DNA of 64,000 nucleotides, taken from an uncultured Eubacteriales bacterium. Lineage in GTDB: Bacteria > Bacillota > Clostridia > Oscillospirales > Acutalibacteraceae. Every line of letters starts with the position of its first letter. The first letter of the stretch is position 1. A program made the position numbers and the translations under genes. The DNA lies in contig CAKSGV010000006.1 of the NCBI GenBank assembly GCA_934454845.1, positions 12,898 to 76,897 on the forward strand, in the 5' to 3' direction. The notes below the pieces were generated by a model that was given only the letters and a program-made list of their open reading frames with translations, searched no databases and was not told where the DNA came from. Positions 37,879-47,114 of this stretch are shown piece after piece.

Positions 37879-39977
37879 ACCATTGCCTCCGTTTTATTTT
37901 CTTTTGATTTGCCTACATTTCCCATACCAAGCGTTGTTTTGCAGATGATTTTGTCAAACAGCATAAGCAGTGCCGGCAAAAGAAGAATAACGCATATCAT
38001 ACTTACTATTGCGCCTCGCGCCATAAGCATACACATTGAACTTATAATATCGATATCGGAATAAACCGCAACTCCGAATGTTGCCGCGAAAAGTCCGAAA
38101 CCGCTGACAATAATTGACGGAATAGAAGTCGATAAAGCCTCTGTTACGCTGTCACGCTTGCTCTTTCCGCCTATGCGCTCTGTTTTATAACGAGTTGTCA
38201 TAAGTATCGCATAGTCGACAGTGGCGCCGAGCTGTATAGTGCTTATGCAGATAGGTGCTATAAAAGGCAGCGACTGACCGAGATAATGCGGAAGACCTAA
38301 GTTTATAAATATTGCGAACTCGATGATCGCTATAAGGATAAACGGAAGAGTGATACTCTTTTCAACAGCCGCAATTATTATGAATATCGCAACTATTGAA
38401 ACGGCGTTTACAACCTTGAAGTCGTGATCGGTGGTTTCGATCATATCTTTCATACAAGGCGCCTCACCTATGAGCATTCCTGTTTTATCGTAAGATTTAA
38501 GTATCTTATTAAGTGAATCTATCTGCGAGTTGACTTTATCGCTCGCTACCTTATATTCGGAATTTATAAGAAGAAGCTTCCAATTGTTGCTTTCTAAGGT
38601 TTCCTTAAGTTCATCGGGGATGATCTCTTCGGGAACGCTGCTTCCGATAACCGAGTCAAGACCGAGAACATATTTAACACCGTCTACCTTTTCCATTTCC
38701 TTTGACATTTGCTTAACGGTTTTTGAAGAAAGGTCGGCGTTTACTAAGAGCATATGCGTTGAAGCAACATCAAAATCATCTGAAAGCTTTGAGTTTGCTA
38801 TTACATAATCCATATCCTTTGGCAAGCACTCGCCGAGATCGTAATAAACCTCGCTGTTGGTTTTCGAGTAGCCATAATAAGCAGGGGCGATAAGCAAAAC
38901 AAAAGCAACTAAAAATGCGGGATAAACCTTGCAAATCTTTTTAGAAAGCTTTGTCATATCAGGTATCAGCGAGCGGTGGCGCGTGGCGTGGAGCGGTTTA
39001 TCAAGCACTAAGATAAGTGCCGGCAAAACCGTAACGCAACCTATAACTCCGAATATAACGCCCTTTGCCATAACAATTCCCAAGTCTTTACCTAATGTAA
39101 AGGACATAAAGCAAAGAGCGGCAAATCCGGCAACCGTCGTAATAGAGCTTCCTACTACAGAGGTAAGAGTTTTATGAATTGCGACCGCCATAGCTTCTTT
39201 ATGATCATCATAAAGCTCGCGCTGCTCGTTATAGCTGTGCCAGAGGAATATTGAATAGTCCATTGTGACTGCCAGCTGTAAAACAGCCGAAAGCGCTTTG
39301 GTTATATATGATATTTCTCCGAAGAAGTAGTTTGTTCCGAGATTTAAAAGAATCATCATTCCGATAGACGCCAGAAAAACAAACGGAACAAGCCAGCCGT
39401 CAAGCAGGATAAGCATTGCGACGCAAGCAAGAGCTACCGCTATTCCCACATATATCGGCTCTTCTTTTTCGCAAAGGTCTTTAAGGTCAGTAACAAGTGC
39501 CGACATTCCCGAAACAAAGCACTGTTTGCCTACGACCTTACGTATCTCCCTTATAGCGTCCATTGTGACATCGGCTGAAGTCGCGCTGTCAAAGAATACC
39601 GCCATCATTGTTGCGTCTTTAGTATTGAACGCTTCATAGATCTCATCCGGTAGCATTTCTTTCGGAATTGAAATATCGGCAAGCGAAGAATACCAAAGGA
39701 CTGTTTCAACGTGGTCGACCTTTTCAATTTTGTTTACAATTTTTTCGACATCTTTATCGGGCATATTTTCAACCACGATGAACGAAAATGCACCCTTGCC
39801 GAAATCTTTCATCAGCTCATCCTGACCGATGACAGTATCCATATCGTCGGGCAGGTAATTGAGCATATCGTAATTAATTCTTGTTGAGAGCATTCCGAAA
39901 AGCGACGGCACCATAAGAGCCACGGCTATTATCAAAATTGCCACTCTGTGTTTTACAACTGCTCTTGAAAAACGCAT
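37875..39977 (-). CDS. MMPL family (RND superfamily) transporter
   Basis: 700 aa with two 6-TM bundles separated by large extracytoplasmic loops, the typical MMPL/YdfJ architecture. Confidence 0.87.
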   Translation of the reverse strand: MRFSRAVVKHRVAILIIAVALMVPSLFGMLSTRINYDMLNYLPDDMDTVIGQDELMKDFGKGAFSFIVVENMPDKDVEKIVNKIEKVDHVETVLWYSSLADISIPKEMLPDEIYEAFNTKDATMMAVFFDSATSADVTMDAIREIRKVVGKQCFVSGMSALVTDLKDLCEKEEPIYVGIAVALACVAMLILLDGWLVPFVFLASIGMMILLNLGTNYFFGEISYITKALSAVLQLAVTMDYSIFLWHSYNEQRELYDDHKEAMAVAIHKTLTSVVGSSITTVAGFAALCFMSFTLGKDLGIVMAKGVIFGVIGCVTVLPALILVLDKPLHATRHRSLIPDMTKLSKKICKVYPAFLVAFVLLIAPAYYGYSKTNSEVYYDLGECLPKDMDYVIANSKLSDDFDVASTHMLLVNADLSSKTVKQMSKEMEKVDGVKYVLGLDSVIGSSVPEEIIPDELKETLESNNWKLLLINSEYKVASDKVNSQIDSLNKILKSYDKTGMLIGEAPCMKDMIETTDHDFKVVNAVSIVAIFIIIAAVEKSITLPFILIAIIEFAIFINLGLPHYLGQSLPFIAPICISTIQLGATVDYAILMTTRYKTERIGGKSKRDSVTEALSTSIPSIIVSGFGLFAATFGVAVYSDIDIISSMCMLMARGAIVSMICVILLLPALLMLFDKIICKTTLGMGNVGKSKENKTEAMV

Positions 39978-39995
39978 TTTATATTATTTCCTCCT

Positions 39996-40592
39996 TTAGT
40001 TATCGTCGGAATAATCCGCTTCATAATCAGCAGGCCTTTTTACCTCGGCAATTTTAACTGCCGCAAGGACCGTAAATAAATTTAAAATGCCCTCAAAGAA
40101 CATCGAAACGCCTAAAAGTATCATCAGAATTCTGCTGCCTGCATTCGGGTTTATAATCGCCGCAAGGCCGAAGCCCGCCGCTATAAGCGCAAGCACTAAG
40201 ATGATCCACCATTTCCCTATTCCGAATTTCTTTGAATCAAGCGAGATCTGAATTTTAAAAAGACCGTCTGTTAAAAATACCGCTCCGAGAATAAGACCTA
40301 TAAGCTTTGCAAATCTGTCGGGATTAGCAAGCATAAGCACTCCTAAAACCGCAAGCAGTATTCCGAAAGCGAGGTCATACTGAAAAGCGAGCCTGTAAAT
40401 ATCGTTAGAAAAGTATCCGATAATTTTAATCGCTCCGAAAAGCAACAAAAGAATTCCGCAAAGGATACCCAAAAGGCCAAGCGAAAAATCGGGCTTGAAC
40501 ACAACGAAAAGTCCCAGAACGCAAAGAAGAACAGATATTATTATATATCCTGCCTTTGCTGTGTACATCGGGCTTTTAGAACAGTTTTTCAT
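39996..40592 (-). CDS. DUF308/HdeD-like membrane protein
   Basis: 198 aa with six short TM helices carrying repeated G-rich motifs (GILLLLFGAIKIIG, GLILGAVFLTDGLFKI). Confidence 0.68.
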   Translation of the reverse strand: MKNCSKSPMYTAKAGYIIISVLLCVLGLFVVFKPDFSLGLLGILCGILLLLFGAIKIIGYFSNDIYRLAFQYDLAFGILLAVLGVLMLANPDRFAKLIGLILGAVFLTDGLFKIQISLDSKKFGIGKWWIILVLALIAAGFGLAAIINPNAGSRILMILLGVSMFFEGILNLFTVLAAVKIAEVKRPADYEADYSDDN

Positions 40593-40632
40593 TTATCTCT
40601 ACCTCCTTTATCCACGATACACAGTATATACA

Positions 40633-40665
40633 AAAAAACCTGCCCGATAAATAGGCAGGTTTTTT
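40633..40665 (-). terminator. Hairpin between tetR and the DUF308-MMPL genes
   Basis: AAAAAACCTGCC-cgataaata-GGCAGGTTTTTT. Confidence 0.6.
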
Positions 40666-40715
40666 AATTTTGATGAATTTTCAGACATTAGGCATAATTT
40701 GCCTAAAAACCGGAT

Positions 40716-41276
40716 TTATTTTTCATCTTTGATTCTTTCTATCAGTTCTGCGGACATTCCTTTGCAAAGAGATGTAAGCCTTAAAAGATCGTTTATCGCT
40801 TTATCTTCCATTCCCGACATAAGCCAATGAATAACAAGTCCGAAAAATTCGCATTTTATAAAGTTGATTATTACATTGCGATCCTCATCGTCTATCTCGT
40901 CGTCGGCGAATACGGTTTTAACATAAGTTTTTACCGCATAATCGCACATTTTCATAAGCTCTGTTTCGAAAAGCTCGCGATTGACCGAGTTATATATATG
41001 AAGTGCGGCTTTTTTATTTTCAAGCGCAAATGAAAATGCATAATTAAAGCATTCGTCAATAGAATTAATTGTGGGAAATTGCTCGATTATTCTTTGTGTT
41101 TCCTCTGTGATAATTTCTTCTATAAGAGAAGGAATATCCTGAAAGTGATAATAAAAAGAATTTCGGTTTATCCCGCAATCCTCCACTATATCTTTGACGC
41201 TTATTTTGGACAGCGGTTTTTCGTTTAAAAGTTTAATAAATGAAGCTTTAATAGCTTTTTTCGTAAAATTTGCCAT
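40716..41276 (-). CDS. TetR/AcrR family transcriptional regulator
   Basis: N-terminal HTH: ISVKDIVEDCGINRNSFYYHFQDI. Confidence 0.9.
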   Translation of the reverse strand: MANFTKKAIKASFIKLLNEKPLSKISVKDIVEDCGINRNSFYYHFQDIPSLIEEIITEETQRIIEQFPTINSIDECFNYAFSFALENKKAALHIYNSVNRELFETELMKMCDYAVKTYVKTVFADDEIDDEDRNVIINFIKCEFFGLVIHWLMSGMEDKAINDLLRLTSLCKGMSAELIERIKDEK

Positions 41277-41297
41277 TTCTCTCCCCTTATTTTGCTT

Positions 41298-42083
41298 TTA
41301 ATTTTTATAAAGCGAGCTTGACGGAATTTTTAGACCGTTTTCTGAGAAAACATCCTGAATTATTTCGTTTGCACTGCGCATAACAGGCTTCTTGTTTTCA
41401 GGTTTAGTGTAAATAAACAGCATATAGGAAATTCTTGTTTCCGATAATTCCTGGGTGCCCTCAAAAGTGCATTTTTTAACAGTTTTAAGCTTATTTACCC
41501 TATCTTTTATTTCTTCGCAGATATTTCGCATTTTATCGGCAGGCACTTCATAAGACGCCGGCACGCTAACGCACAAAAGCTCCGAAACCTTTGTTATCTC
41601 GGAAATATTTCTGTTGGACACGGTTAATATATCTCCGCTGTCAACATCCTGCATTTTAGTGACCTTAATATTAAATGAAATTATTTTTGCTTCTATTCCG
41701 CCGTATCTCACAACATCTCCGACGCTGAAAAAATTATCCATAATAATATTAGTGCCCATAATGATATCTTTCAAAATATCCTGGAGCGCAAAGCCTACCA
41801 CCACGCCTGCAACTCCGAGACCTGTGAGAAGCGAGGAAACATTCACCCCGTTTATTTGGAGCACAGTAAGAGCGCAAAAAATAAGAATGAGATATTTAAT
41901 AAGATTAGCAATGAATTTTGTGTGAGTTTTGGTTTTAGCATTGCGGTCCTTATTTTCAAGAAATTTTATGAAAAGCTTTTTTATCAGAAACCACAGCCCG
42001 ACCGCCACCGCAACAACGGCTATGCTTGCCCAAAGATTTTTTGAAAATACTATACTTTTTAATGTTTCTCTGAAATCTTCCAT
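41298..42083 (-). CDS. Small-conductance mechanosensitive channel (MscS family)
   Basis: 3 TM segments, then the pore-lining GVAGVVVGFALQDILKDIIMG and a beta domain (GDVVRYGGIEAKIISFNIKVT). Confidence 0.87.
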   Translation of the reverse strand: MEDFRETLKSIVFSKNLWASIAVVAVAVGLWFLIKKLFIKFLENKDRNAKTKTHTKFIANLIKYLILIFCALTVLQINGVNVSSLLTGLGVAGVVVGFALQDILKDIIMGTNIIMDNFFSVGDVVRYGGIEAKIISFNIKVTKMQDVDSGDILTVSNRNISEITKVSELLCVSVPASYEVPADKMRNICEEIKDRVNKLKTVKKCTFEGTQELSETRISYMLFIYTKPENKKPVMRSANEIIQDVFSENGLKIPSSSLYKN

Positions 42084-42177
42084 ATTTCCTCCGGGCTTTT
42101 ATTTTTAAATAATATATCATATTTCAGAAATTTTTTCAATATTAAAAAATCCCCGATTAAAAATCGTGGACTTAAAA

Positions 42178-42397
42178 TTATTTGAATACTTTATTTAAAA
42201 ATTTCGCTGCGTGATCAGACCAGCTTTCGGCATTGGTGCCTTCTGCAAGCCCCACGCCGTGGCCTACCTCTTTAAAGCTTTCCATTTCGCAGAAAACTCC
42301 TATATTTTTAAGCTTATTATAATAAGGAATACTGTTATCTTCAGGAATTACCGCATTATCCTCTTCGCCAAACCATATAAAAGTGGGAAGAGTGGAA
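42178..42397 (-). pseudogene. 3' fragment of an alpha/beta-hydrolase (esterase) gene, paralogous to 43318..44139
   Basis: Encodes ...PTFIWFGEEDNAVIPEDNSIPYYNKLKNIGVFCEMESFKEVGHGVGLAEGTNAESW..FLNKVFK, near-identical to the C-terminus of the intact gene. Everything N-terminal of this, including the nucleophile elbow, is missing. Confidence 0.72.
42215..42397. repeat. Direct repeat copy A (esterase 3' end)
   Basis: Aligns by eye at high identity with 43352..43534 (offset about 1137 nt). Confidence 0.8.
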
Positions 42398-42713
42398 ACC
42401 TTACTGCCCTTCTGAAATATCGCAAAAAGATATAGCACTGTGGGAGATATCTGAAACAATTTTTGACGATTTCACGGCTCATAAAGTCTATTTACAAGAC
42501 AAAAAAACTTTTGACGTGTTCAATTAAAAAAACTTGAAAAAAAAGAAAAAAGGAGTTATTATAATGAATAAAGAACAAGCGAAAGATTGTATTGTCTAGA
42601 CGAAGGTACTGCTATTTCTGTTTTATCAACTCTGATGTTAGACGCATCATTATTCCCTTATAGGCAGGTTGAAATTGATACAAATATAAATTTATAATTT
42701 TAGGAGGAAATTT

Positions 42714-43265
42714 ATGAAAAAGATAATATCCGTTGCGGCAGCCGTTTTATGCATTGGACTTCTCTTTTGCGGGTGTCAAACAAAAAATTCCGCCGTCAGT
42801 GAAAAAGAAGTAAAAAACCGTGTGATTTACAACAAGGTTACAAATGCTGCTCAAAAAGATTTTTTCAACTATGCTTTTGCAGAAGGATCCGAAGAAAAAG
42901 CAACTATTCTTTCCGAAAATGAGAAGGATGCAAAAAAAGACATTGAAACAGATCTTAAAATCTGCTCCGATTGCAAAGATAAAAAAATCCTGATTTCAAA
43001 ATCCGATGCCAAAAAAGCAGCGAAAAAAGAGTTCAAAAATCTTAAATCCGATTCTTCACAAAAAAAATATTATGATTTTCTTTCCAAAGCTATAAAAGAA
43101 AACGGATTATCCGAATCGGAATTTATCAATATAACCTGTGAAAATGCTTATTATTTTTATAACAGAGCTGCACTCAAGAGTTATTTTCAGTCTAATTTAT
43201 ATGATTCCGACAGCAATTTATCTCTTGATGAGCAATTTGAAAACTACACAGATAATCTTAAATAG
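42714..43265 (+). CDS. Lipoprotein, unknown function
   Basis: Lipobox LLFCGC after a signal peptide (MKKIISVAAAVLCIGLLFCGC), a K/E/D-rich mature part, and GGAGG 7 nt upstream. Confidence 0.75.
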   Translation: MKKIISVAAAVLCIGLLFCGCQTKNSAVSEKEVKNRVIYNKVTNAAQKDFFNYAFAEGSEEKATILSENEKDAKKDIETDLKICSDCKDKKILISKSDAKKAAKKEFKNLKSDSSQKKYYDFLSKAIKENGLSESEFINITCENAYYFYNRAALKSYFQSNLYDSDSNLSLDEQFENYTDNLK

Positions 43266-43280
43266 CCTCTAAAAAGCGAG

Positions 43281-43317
43281 ATTCCCAAAGCTTAATGCTG
43301 CTTTGGGAATCTTTTTA
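43281..43317. terminator. Bidirectional terminator between the lipoprotein and esterase genes
   Basis: ATTCCCAAAG...CTTTGGGAAT hairpin followed by CTTTTTATT. Confidence 0.7.
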
Positions 43318-44139
43318 TTAAAATACCTTATTGAGAAATTCAACTGCACGCTCAGACCATATTTCGGCATTGGTGCCTTCTGCAAGGCCTGCGCCGTGGC
43401 CTACCTCTTTAAAGCTTTCCATTTCGCAGAAAACTCCTATATTTTTAAGCTTATTATAATAAGGAATACTGTTTTCTTCAGGTATGACTGCACTATCCTC
43501 TTCGCCGAACCATATAAAAGTGGGCGGAGTGGATTTTTTTGCGGAATTTATGCCTGTGAATTCATTTCTTTTTTCATCATCAAAATCAAGGATCTCGGGC
43601 ATATTTCCGAAAGTGCCCGAAAGAAGAGTTGTAACAGGGTAACAAAGAACGCAGGCGTCGGGAAGAGAAGAAAGCCTGCCTATTTCATCATCGGCGCAAA
43701 ATCCGGGTCTGTCAAACAAAGAAAGCGACATAGCTAAATGCCCGCCTGCCGAAAATCCGCACACGGCGATTTTATCCGATTTATATCCGTACTCTTTAGC
43801 TTTATATCTTGCATACTGAACGGCTCTTATACCGTCTGCAAAAATAGCGTTTCCTCTGTAACCCTGCTCGGGGTTTTCCCTGTTTCCCACTCTATAGTGA
43901 GCAACAAATGCAAAATAATTTAAAGAATTAAACTTTTTTGCGACCCTGAAAGCCGCCGCGTCGCCCCTGGCAAAATATCCGCCTCCGGGGAATATCACCA
44001 CTGCGCCTTTAGGATTTTTAACAGGGAATTCGGAAATATAAGGATAATTTTTTATCATTGGCTCAAGCCCCGAATAAAGCACGGGTTCTTTAGAAAATTC
44101 CTCATTATAAAAAGGAACATTATTATACAGTTCTTTCAT
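43318..44139 (-). CDS. Alpha/beta hydrolase (esterase/lipase family)
   Basis: 273 aa, oxyanion region FPGGGYF, nucleophile elbow GFSAGGH, and a C-terminal GHG catalytic His region. Confidence 0.85.
   Translation of the reverse strand: MKELYNNVPFYNEEFSKEPVLYSGLEPMIKNYPYISEFPVKNPKGAVVIFPGGGYFARGDAAAFRVAKKFNSLNYFAFVAHYRVGNRENPEQGYRGNAIFADGIRAVQYARYKAKEYGYKSDKIAVCGFSAGGHLAMSLSLFDRPGFCADDEIGRLSSLPDACVLCYPVTTLLSGTFGNMPEILDFDDEKRNEFTGINSAKKSTPPTFIWFGEEDSAVIPEENSIPYYNKLKNIGVFCEMESFKEVGHGAGLAEGTNAEIWSERAVEFLNKVF
43352..43534. repeat. Direct repeat copy B (inside the intact esterase gene)
   Basis: See copy A. Confidence 0.8.
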
Positions 44140-44744
44140 TTTTTACTCCTGAAAATACTTAAATAATATTTTTCATCATTAAAATATAAAGGATAAGAAG
44201 TAACATTTTCGCTTATTTCTTTTTTAAAGGAATTTATGCTTTTGAGCTCGCTTATTCCCTTTCCGCTCGCTTTGCAAACACTTTCCTTAACAGTCCATAT
44301 CCTAATAAATTCATTTAAAAAATCCTTATCGGGCAAAGAAATAAGAAAATCGTTTTCCTCTTTAAAAAAATATTTTTCGGATATTTTTTTAAGGCTTTTT
44401 TCGTTTCCCAAAACCTCCTCGATATCAAGCCCTATCCTATCGCAGGTGACATCAAGTTTTATCAGATTTTTAAGTTCAGGCATAGATACAGGCTCAAAAT
44501 CAAAGCTTAATGCTGCGGCGGCAAAATGTTTTGAATGGGAAACCGAAAAATCCGCGGATTTAAAATCGATCTCGGGTCGGTTTTTTTCAGAAAAGTAAAT
44601 TTTATTTTCCATATCCTTTCCGAAAACCGACTTTAATAAAGCATTTCTTAAAGATACTCCCGTGTTGTGGCGGGAAATGGCGTTATCCTCACAGTTTTTA
44701 AAGGCAATAAGAATCATATTAAAGCGCCTTGAATTTTCTAACAC
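44136..44744 (-). CDS. 4'-phosphopantetheinyl transferase (Sfp-type)
   Basis: GLDIEEV (the Mg-binding D-x-E) and WTVKESVCKASGKG (the W/FxxKE(S/A)xxK motif). The start is possibly the internal Met at 44717. The stop overlaps the esterase start (ATGA). Confidence 0.74.
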   Translation of the reverse strand: MLENSRRFNMILIAFKNCEDNAISRHNTGVSLRNALLKSVFGKDMENKIYFSEKNRPEIDFKSADFSVSHSKHFAAAALSFDFEPVSMPELKNLIKLDVTCDRIGLDIEEVLGNEKSLKKISEKYFFKEENDFLISLPDKDFLNEFIRIWTVKESVCKASGKGISELKSINSFKKEISENVTSYPLYFNDEKYYLSIFRSKK

Positions 44745-46320
44745 CCGCGGTTTTTAAGCCTTTATAGCAAATGAGGCACAAAGCCGCCGTTACTATAGTG
44801 ACAATTCCGAGATAAACGGGCGCCGAAACAGATTTTCTAATAAAGAAATAAGGCAGGAACACTGCTATATCGTAAGCCCAGCCGCCGAGCATTGTAAACA
44901 TAACGCACATACTCTGCTTTACGGCTACAGTTTCATTCACCCAATCGAGATTAGGTTTAATACAGTTAAGATAAAGACCGAAAACCGCCGAAAGCAGCAT
45001 AAACACCTGCGGAACCGCAAGAATATAAACTGCGCTTAAAACATCGGGCTTAAACACGATTATTGCGCTGGTGCCGAAAAATATGAGCGGTACGGAAGTA
45101 AGGGCTAAATGAAGCTTTAATTTCGCGTTTAATATATCCGTTTCATTTATCGGCAGTGATCTTAATATCCAAATATTTTTGCCCTCCAAAGAAACAGAGG
45201 GTGCGGTGATATCATTCATAGAGGCTATCAGGCAGATTATCGCCACTATAGAAAAATATATGGTTTTTGCACCTATAAATTCGTCTAACCCGTCTAAAGC
45301 AGTCAATACAGCTTTGCCTTTAATAAGGAGTGCCGCTCCTCCGAGGATAAGGAATAGAGATGCCATTGAGCAATTAAGCATATAAGCAGGGCTTGACATA
45401 AATCTTGTGAATTCTTTTTTGAAAAGAGCTTTTTTGATAGAAATTTTTGCCGATATTCTTTCCTTTTTACCTGATCTTTTAACATTCGCCGTTGAAAAAG
45501 CAAGCTTTAAAAAGCTCTTTTTTATAACTAAATAGGTAAGAACAAGCGTAAGAGCGATAACTAAAATCATTATCAAAGCCTGAGTTATATCACCCTCGGC
45601 GGCTTTTCCGATAAAGTAAACAAAATAGAAATTATTTTTCAGATTATTGCCTATCGTTACGGCATTTTCAAGAATTTTGGTTATAACGGAGCTTGCTTTA
45701 AAATAGCAGAAATAATAAATTCCTATAAAAACAAGCGACGCTAAAACAGTGATGAGCGATTTATTTTTTAATTTTTTAGTTATTTTAGCGACAAGATAGC
45801 CTAATGCACAGGAAAGGATAAACACGAAAACGGATACGCAAACCGTAATGCATACAGCGCCGAAAAAGGCTTTAAGCGAAAATCCGCCTATGAACATATA
45901 CACTAATCCCGCAGGGATTACAACTATTCCAGAATAAAGAAATCCCATTAAATAAACGCCGAGAAGTCTAGATATAATAACATATTTTATATCTATCGGT
46001 AAGGAAAGCAAAAGATCATTATCCTTAGCGCAGTAAAGACTCTGAAAAGTATTAAAAACACTGCCGAAAATTCCGAGCAGTACCGCCACTCCGATAAGGA
46101 GGCTGTAATACATCCAGCCGAGTTTTGCCGGGATCAAAGCACTGCCGAGCAGGTAGGACACTCCTATAAACATTCCTCCGAGAACGACCAAAACAAGCAG
46201 CGCAAAAAGAGCGATAAACGCTATACTTGCGCCCTTTGATCTTGCTTTACCCTTTTTTCTGTCATAAAAAAAGGATTGATTTAATTCATAAAGCTGTTTT
46301 TTAAGAAGAATTTTAAGCAT
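44719..46320 (-). CDS. Multi-TM putative ABC exporter permease
   Basis: 533 aa with about 12 hydrophobic segments, 3 nt downstream of its ABC ATPase partner. Confidence 0.72.
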   Translation of the reverse strand: MLKILLKKQLYELNQSFFYDRKKGKARSKGASIAFIALFALLVLVVLGGMFIGVSYLLGSALIPAKLGWMYYSLLIGVAVLLGIFGSVFNTFQSLYCAKDNDLLLSLPIDIKYVIISRLLGVYLMGFLYSGIVVIPAGLVYMFIGGFSLKAFFGAVCITVCVSVFVFILSCALGYLVAKITKKLKNKSLITVLASLVFIGIYYFCYFKASSVITKILENAVTIGNNLKNNFYFVYFIGKAAEGDITQALIMILVIALTLVLTYLVIKKSFLKLAFSTANVKRSGKKERISAKISIKKALFKKEFTRFMSSPAYMLNCSMASLFLILGGAALLIKGKAVLTALDGLDEFIGAKTIYFSIVAIICLIASMNDITAPSVSLEGKNIWILRSLPINETDILNAKLKLHLALTSVPLIFFGTSAIIVFKPDVLSAVYILAVPQVFMLLSAVFGLYLNCIKPNLDWVNETVAVKQSMCVMFTMLGGWAYDIAVFLPYFFIRKSVSAPVYLGIVTIVTAALCLICYKGLKTAGVRKFKAL

Positions 46321-46323
46321 TAA

Positions 46324-47028
46324 TTATCCCTCCAGCTCTAAGAATACACTTTCAAGACTTAAATCGCCCTTGACCTCTTCCATAGTTCCCGATTTTATAA
46401 GGCTGCCCTCTTTAATTATTGCGACTTTATCGCAAAGCTTTTCGGCAACTTCAAGAACATGGGTGGAGAAGAATATTGCTCCGCCGTTATCGCAGAATTC
46501 TCTCATCATAGTTTTAAGCTGGTGCGAAGCTTTAGGATCAAGTCCTACAAAAGGCTCATCCATTATAATAAGCTTCGGGCTGTGTATCCAGGCGGATATC
46601 ACGGCAAGCTTTTGCTTCATTCCGTGAGAATATGAGGATATAGGTGAAGAAAGATCGGCCGTAAGTTCAAAAACATCGGCATATTTTTCAATTTTTTCTT
46701 TTCTTTCATCAGTTGAAACTCCGAAAATATCCGCTACAAAATTAAGGTATTTCATACCCGTCATATAATCATAAAGATCAGGGTTATCAGGGATATAGGC
46801 GATCCTTTTTTTGCATTCGAGCGGATCTTCTTTTACGGAAATACCGTCGATCAAAATCTCGCCGCTGTCAAAATCAAGAATTCCCGCAACAGATTTTAAA
46901 GTTGTGGTTTTTCCGGCACCGTTATGTCCGATAAAACCGTAGATCTCGCCGGGTAAAATGTGAAGTGTAAGGTCTTTTAAGACTTTTTTATCGCCATAAC
47001 TTTTAGAAAGTCCGTTAATTTTAAGCAT
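46324..47028 (-). CDS. ABC transporter ATP-binding protein
   Basis: Walker A GHNGAGKTT, signature YSHGMKQK and Walker B LIIMDEP. Confidence 0.92.
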   Translation of the reverse strand: MLKINGLSKSYGDKKVLKDLTLHILPGEIYGFIGHNGAGKTTTLKSVAGILDFDSGEILIDGISVKEDPLECKKRIAYIPDNPDLYDYMTGMKYLNFVADIFGVSTDERKEKIEKYADVFELTADLSSPISSYSHGMKQKLAVISAWIHSPKLIIMDEPFVGLDPKASHQLKTMMREFCDNGGAIFFSTHVLEVAEKLCDKVAIIKEGSLIKSGTMEEVKGDLSLESVFLELEG

Positions 47029-47054
47029 TCAAAGCACCACCGTTGAAAATATTT

Positions 47055-47081
47055 AAAGCAGTGTATAAAACACACTGCTTT
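47055..47081. terminator. Hairpin after the glutamate synthase operon
   Basis: AAAGCAGTGT-ataaaa-CACACTGCTTT. Confidence 0.55.
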
Positions 47082-47114
47082 AATTTTACCTTCTTTATAT
47101 TCCGTTGTCAACTG

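Noticed and set aside
40605-40613. TTATCCACG DnaA-box-like 9-mer just upstream of the DUF308 gene.
   Set aside because: It is a single 8/9 match with no partner box and is compatible with chance in 64 kb of A+T-rich DNA.
42563-42598. 11-codon uORF (MNKEQAKDCIV) with an AGGAG SD upstream of the lipoprotein gene.
   Set aside because: It is too short to evaluate, no attenuator structure links it to the downstream gene, and it is likely fortuitous.
42587-42600. 12-nt identity ATTGTATTGTCTA shared between 42588-42600 and 62756-62768.
   Set aside because: Many chance 12-mer matches are expected in a 64-kb window, and the flanks are unrelated.
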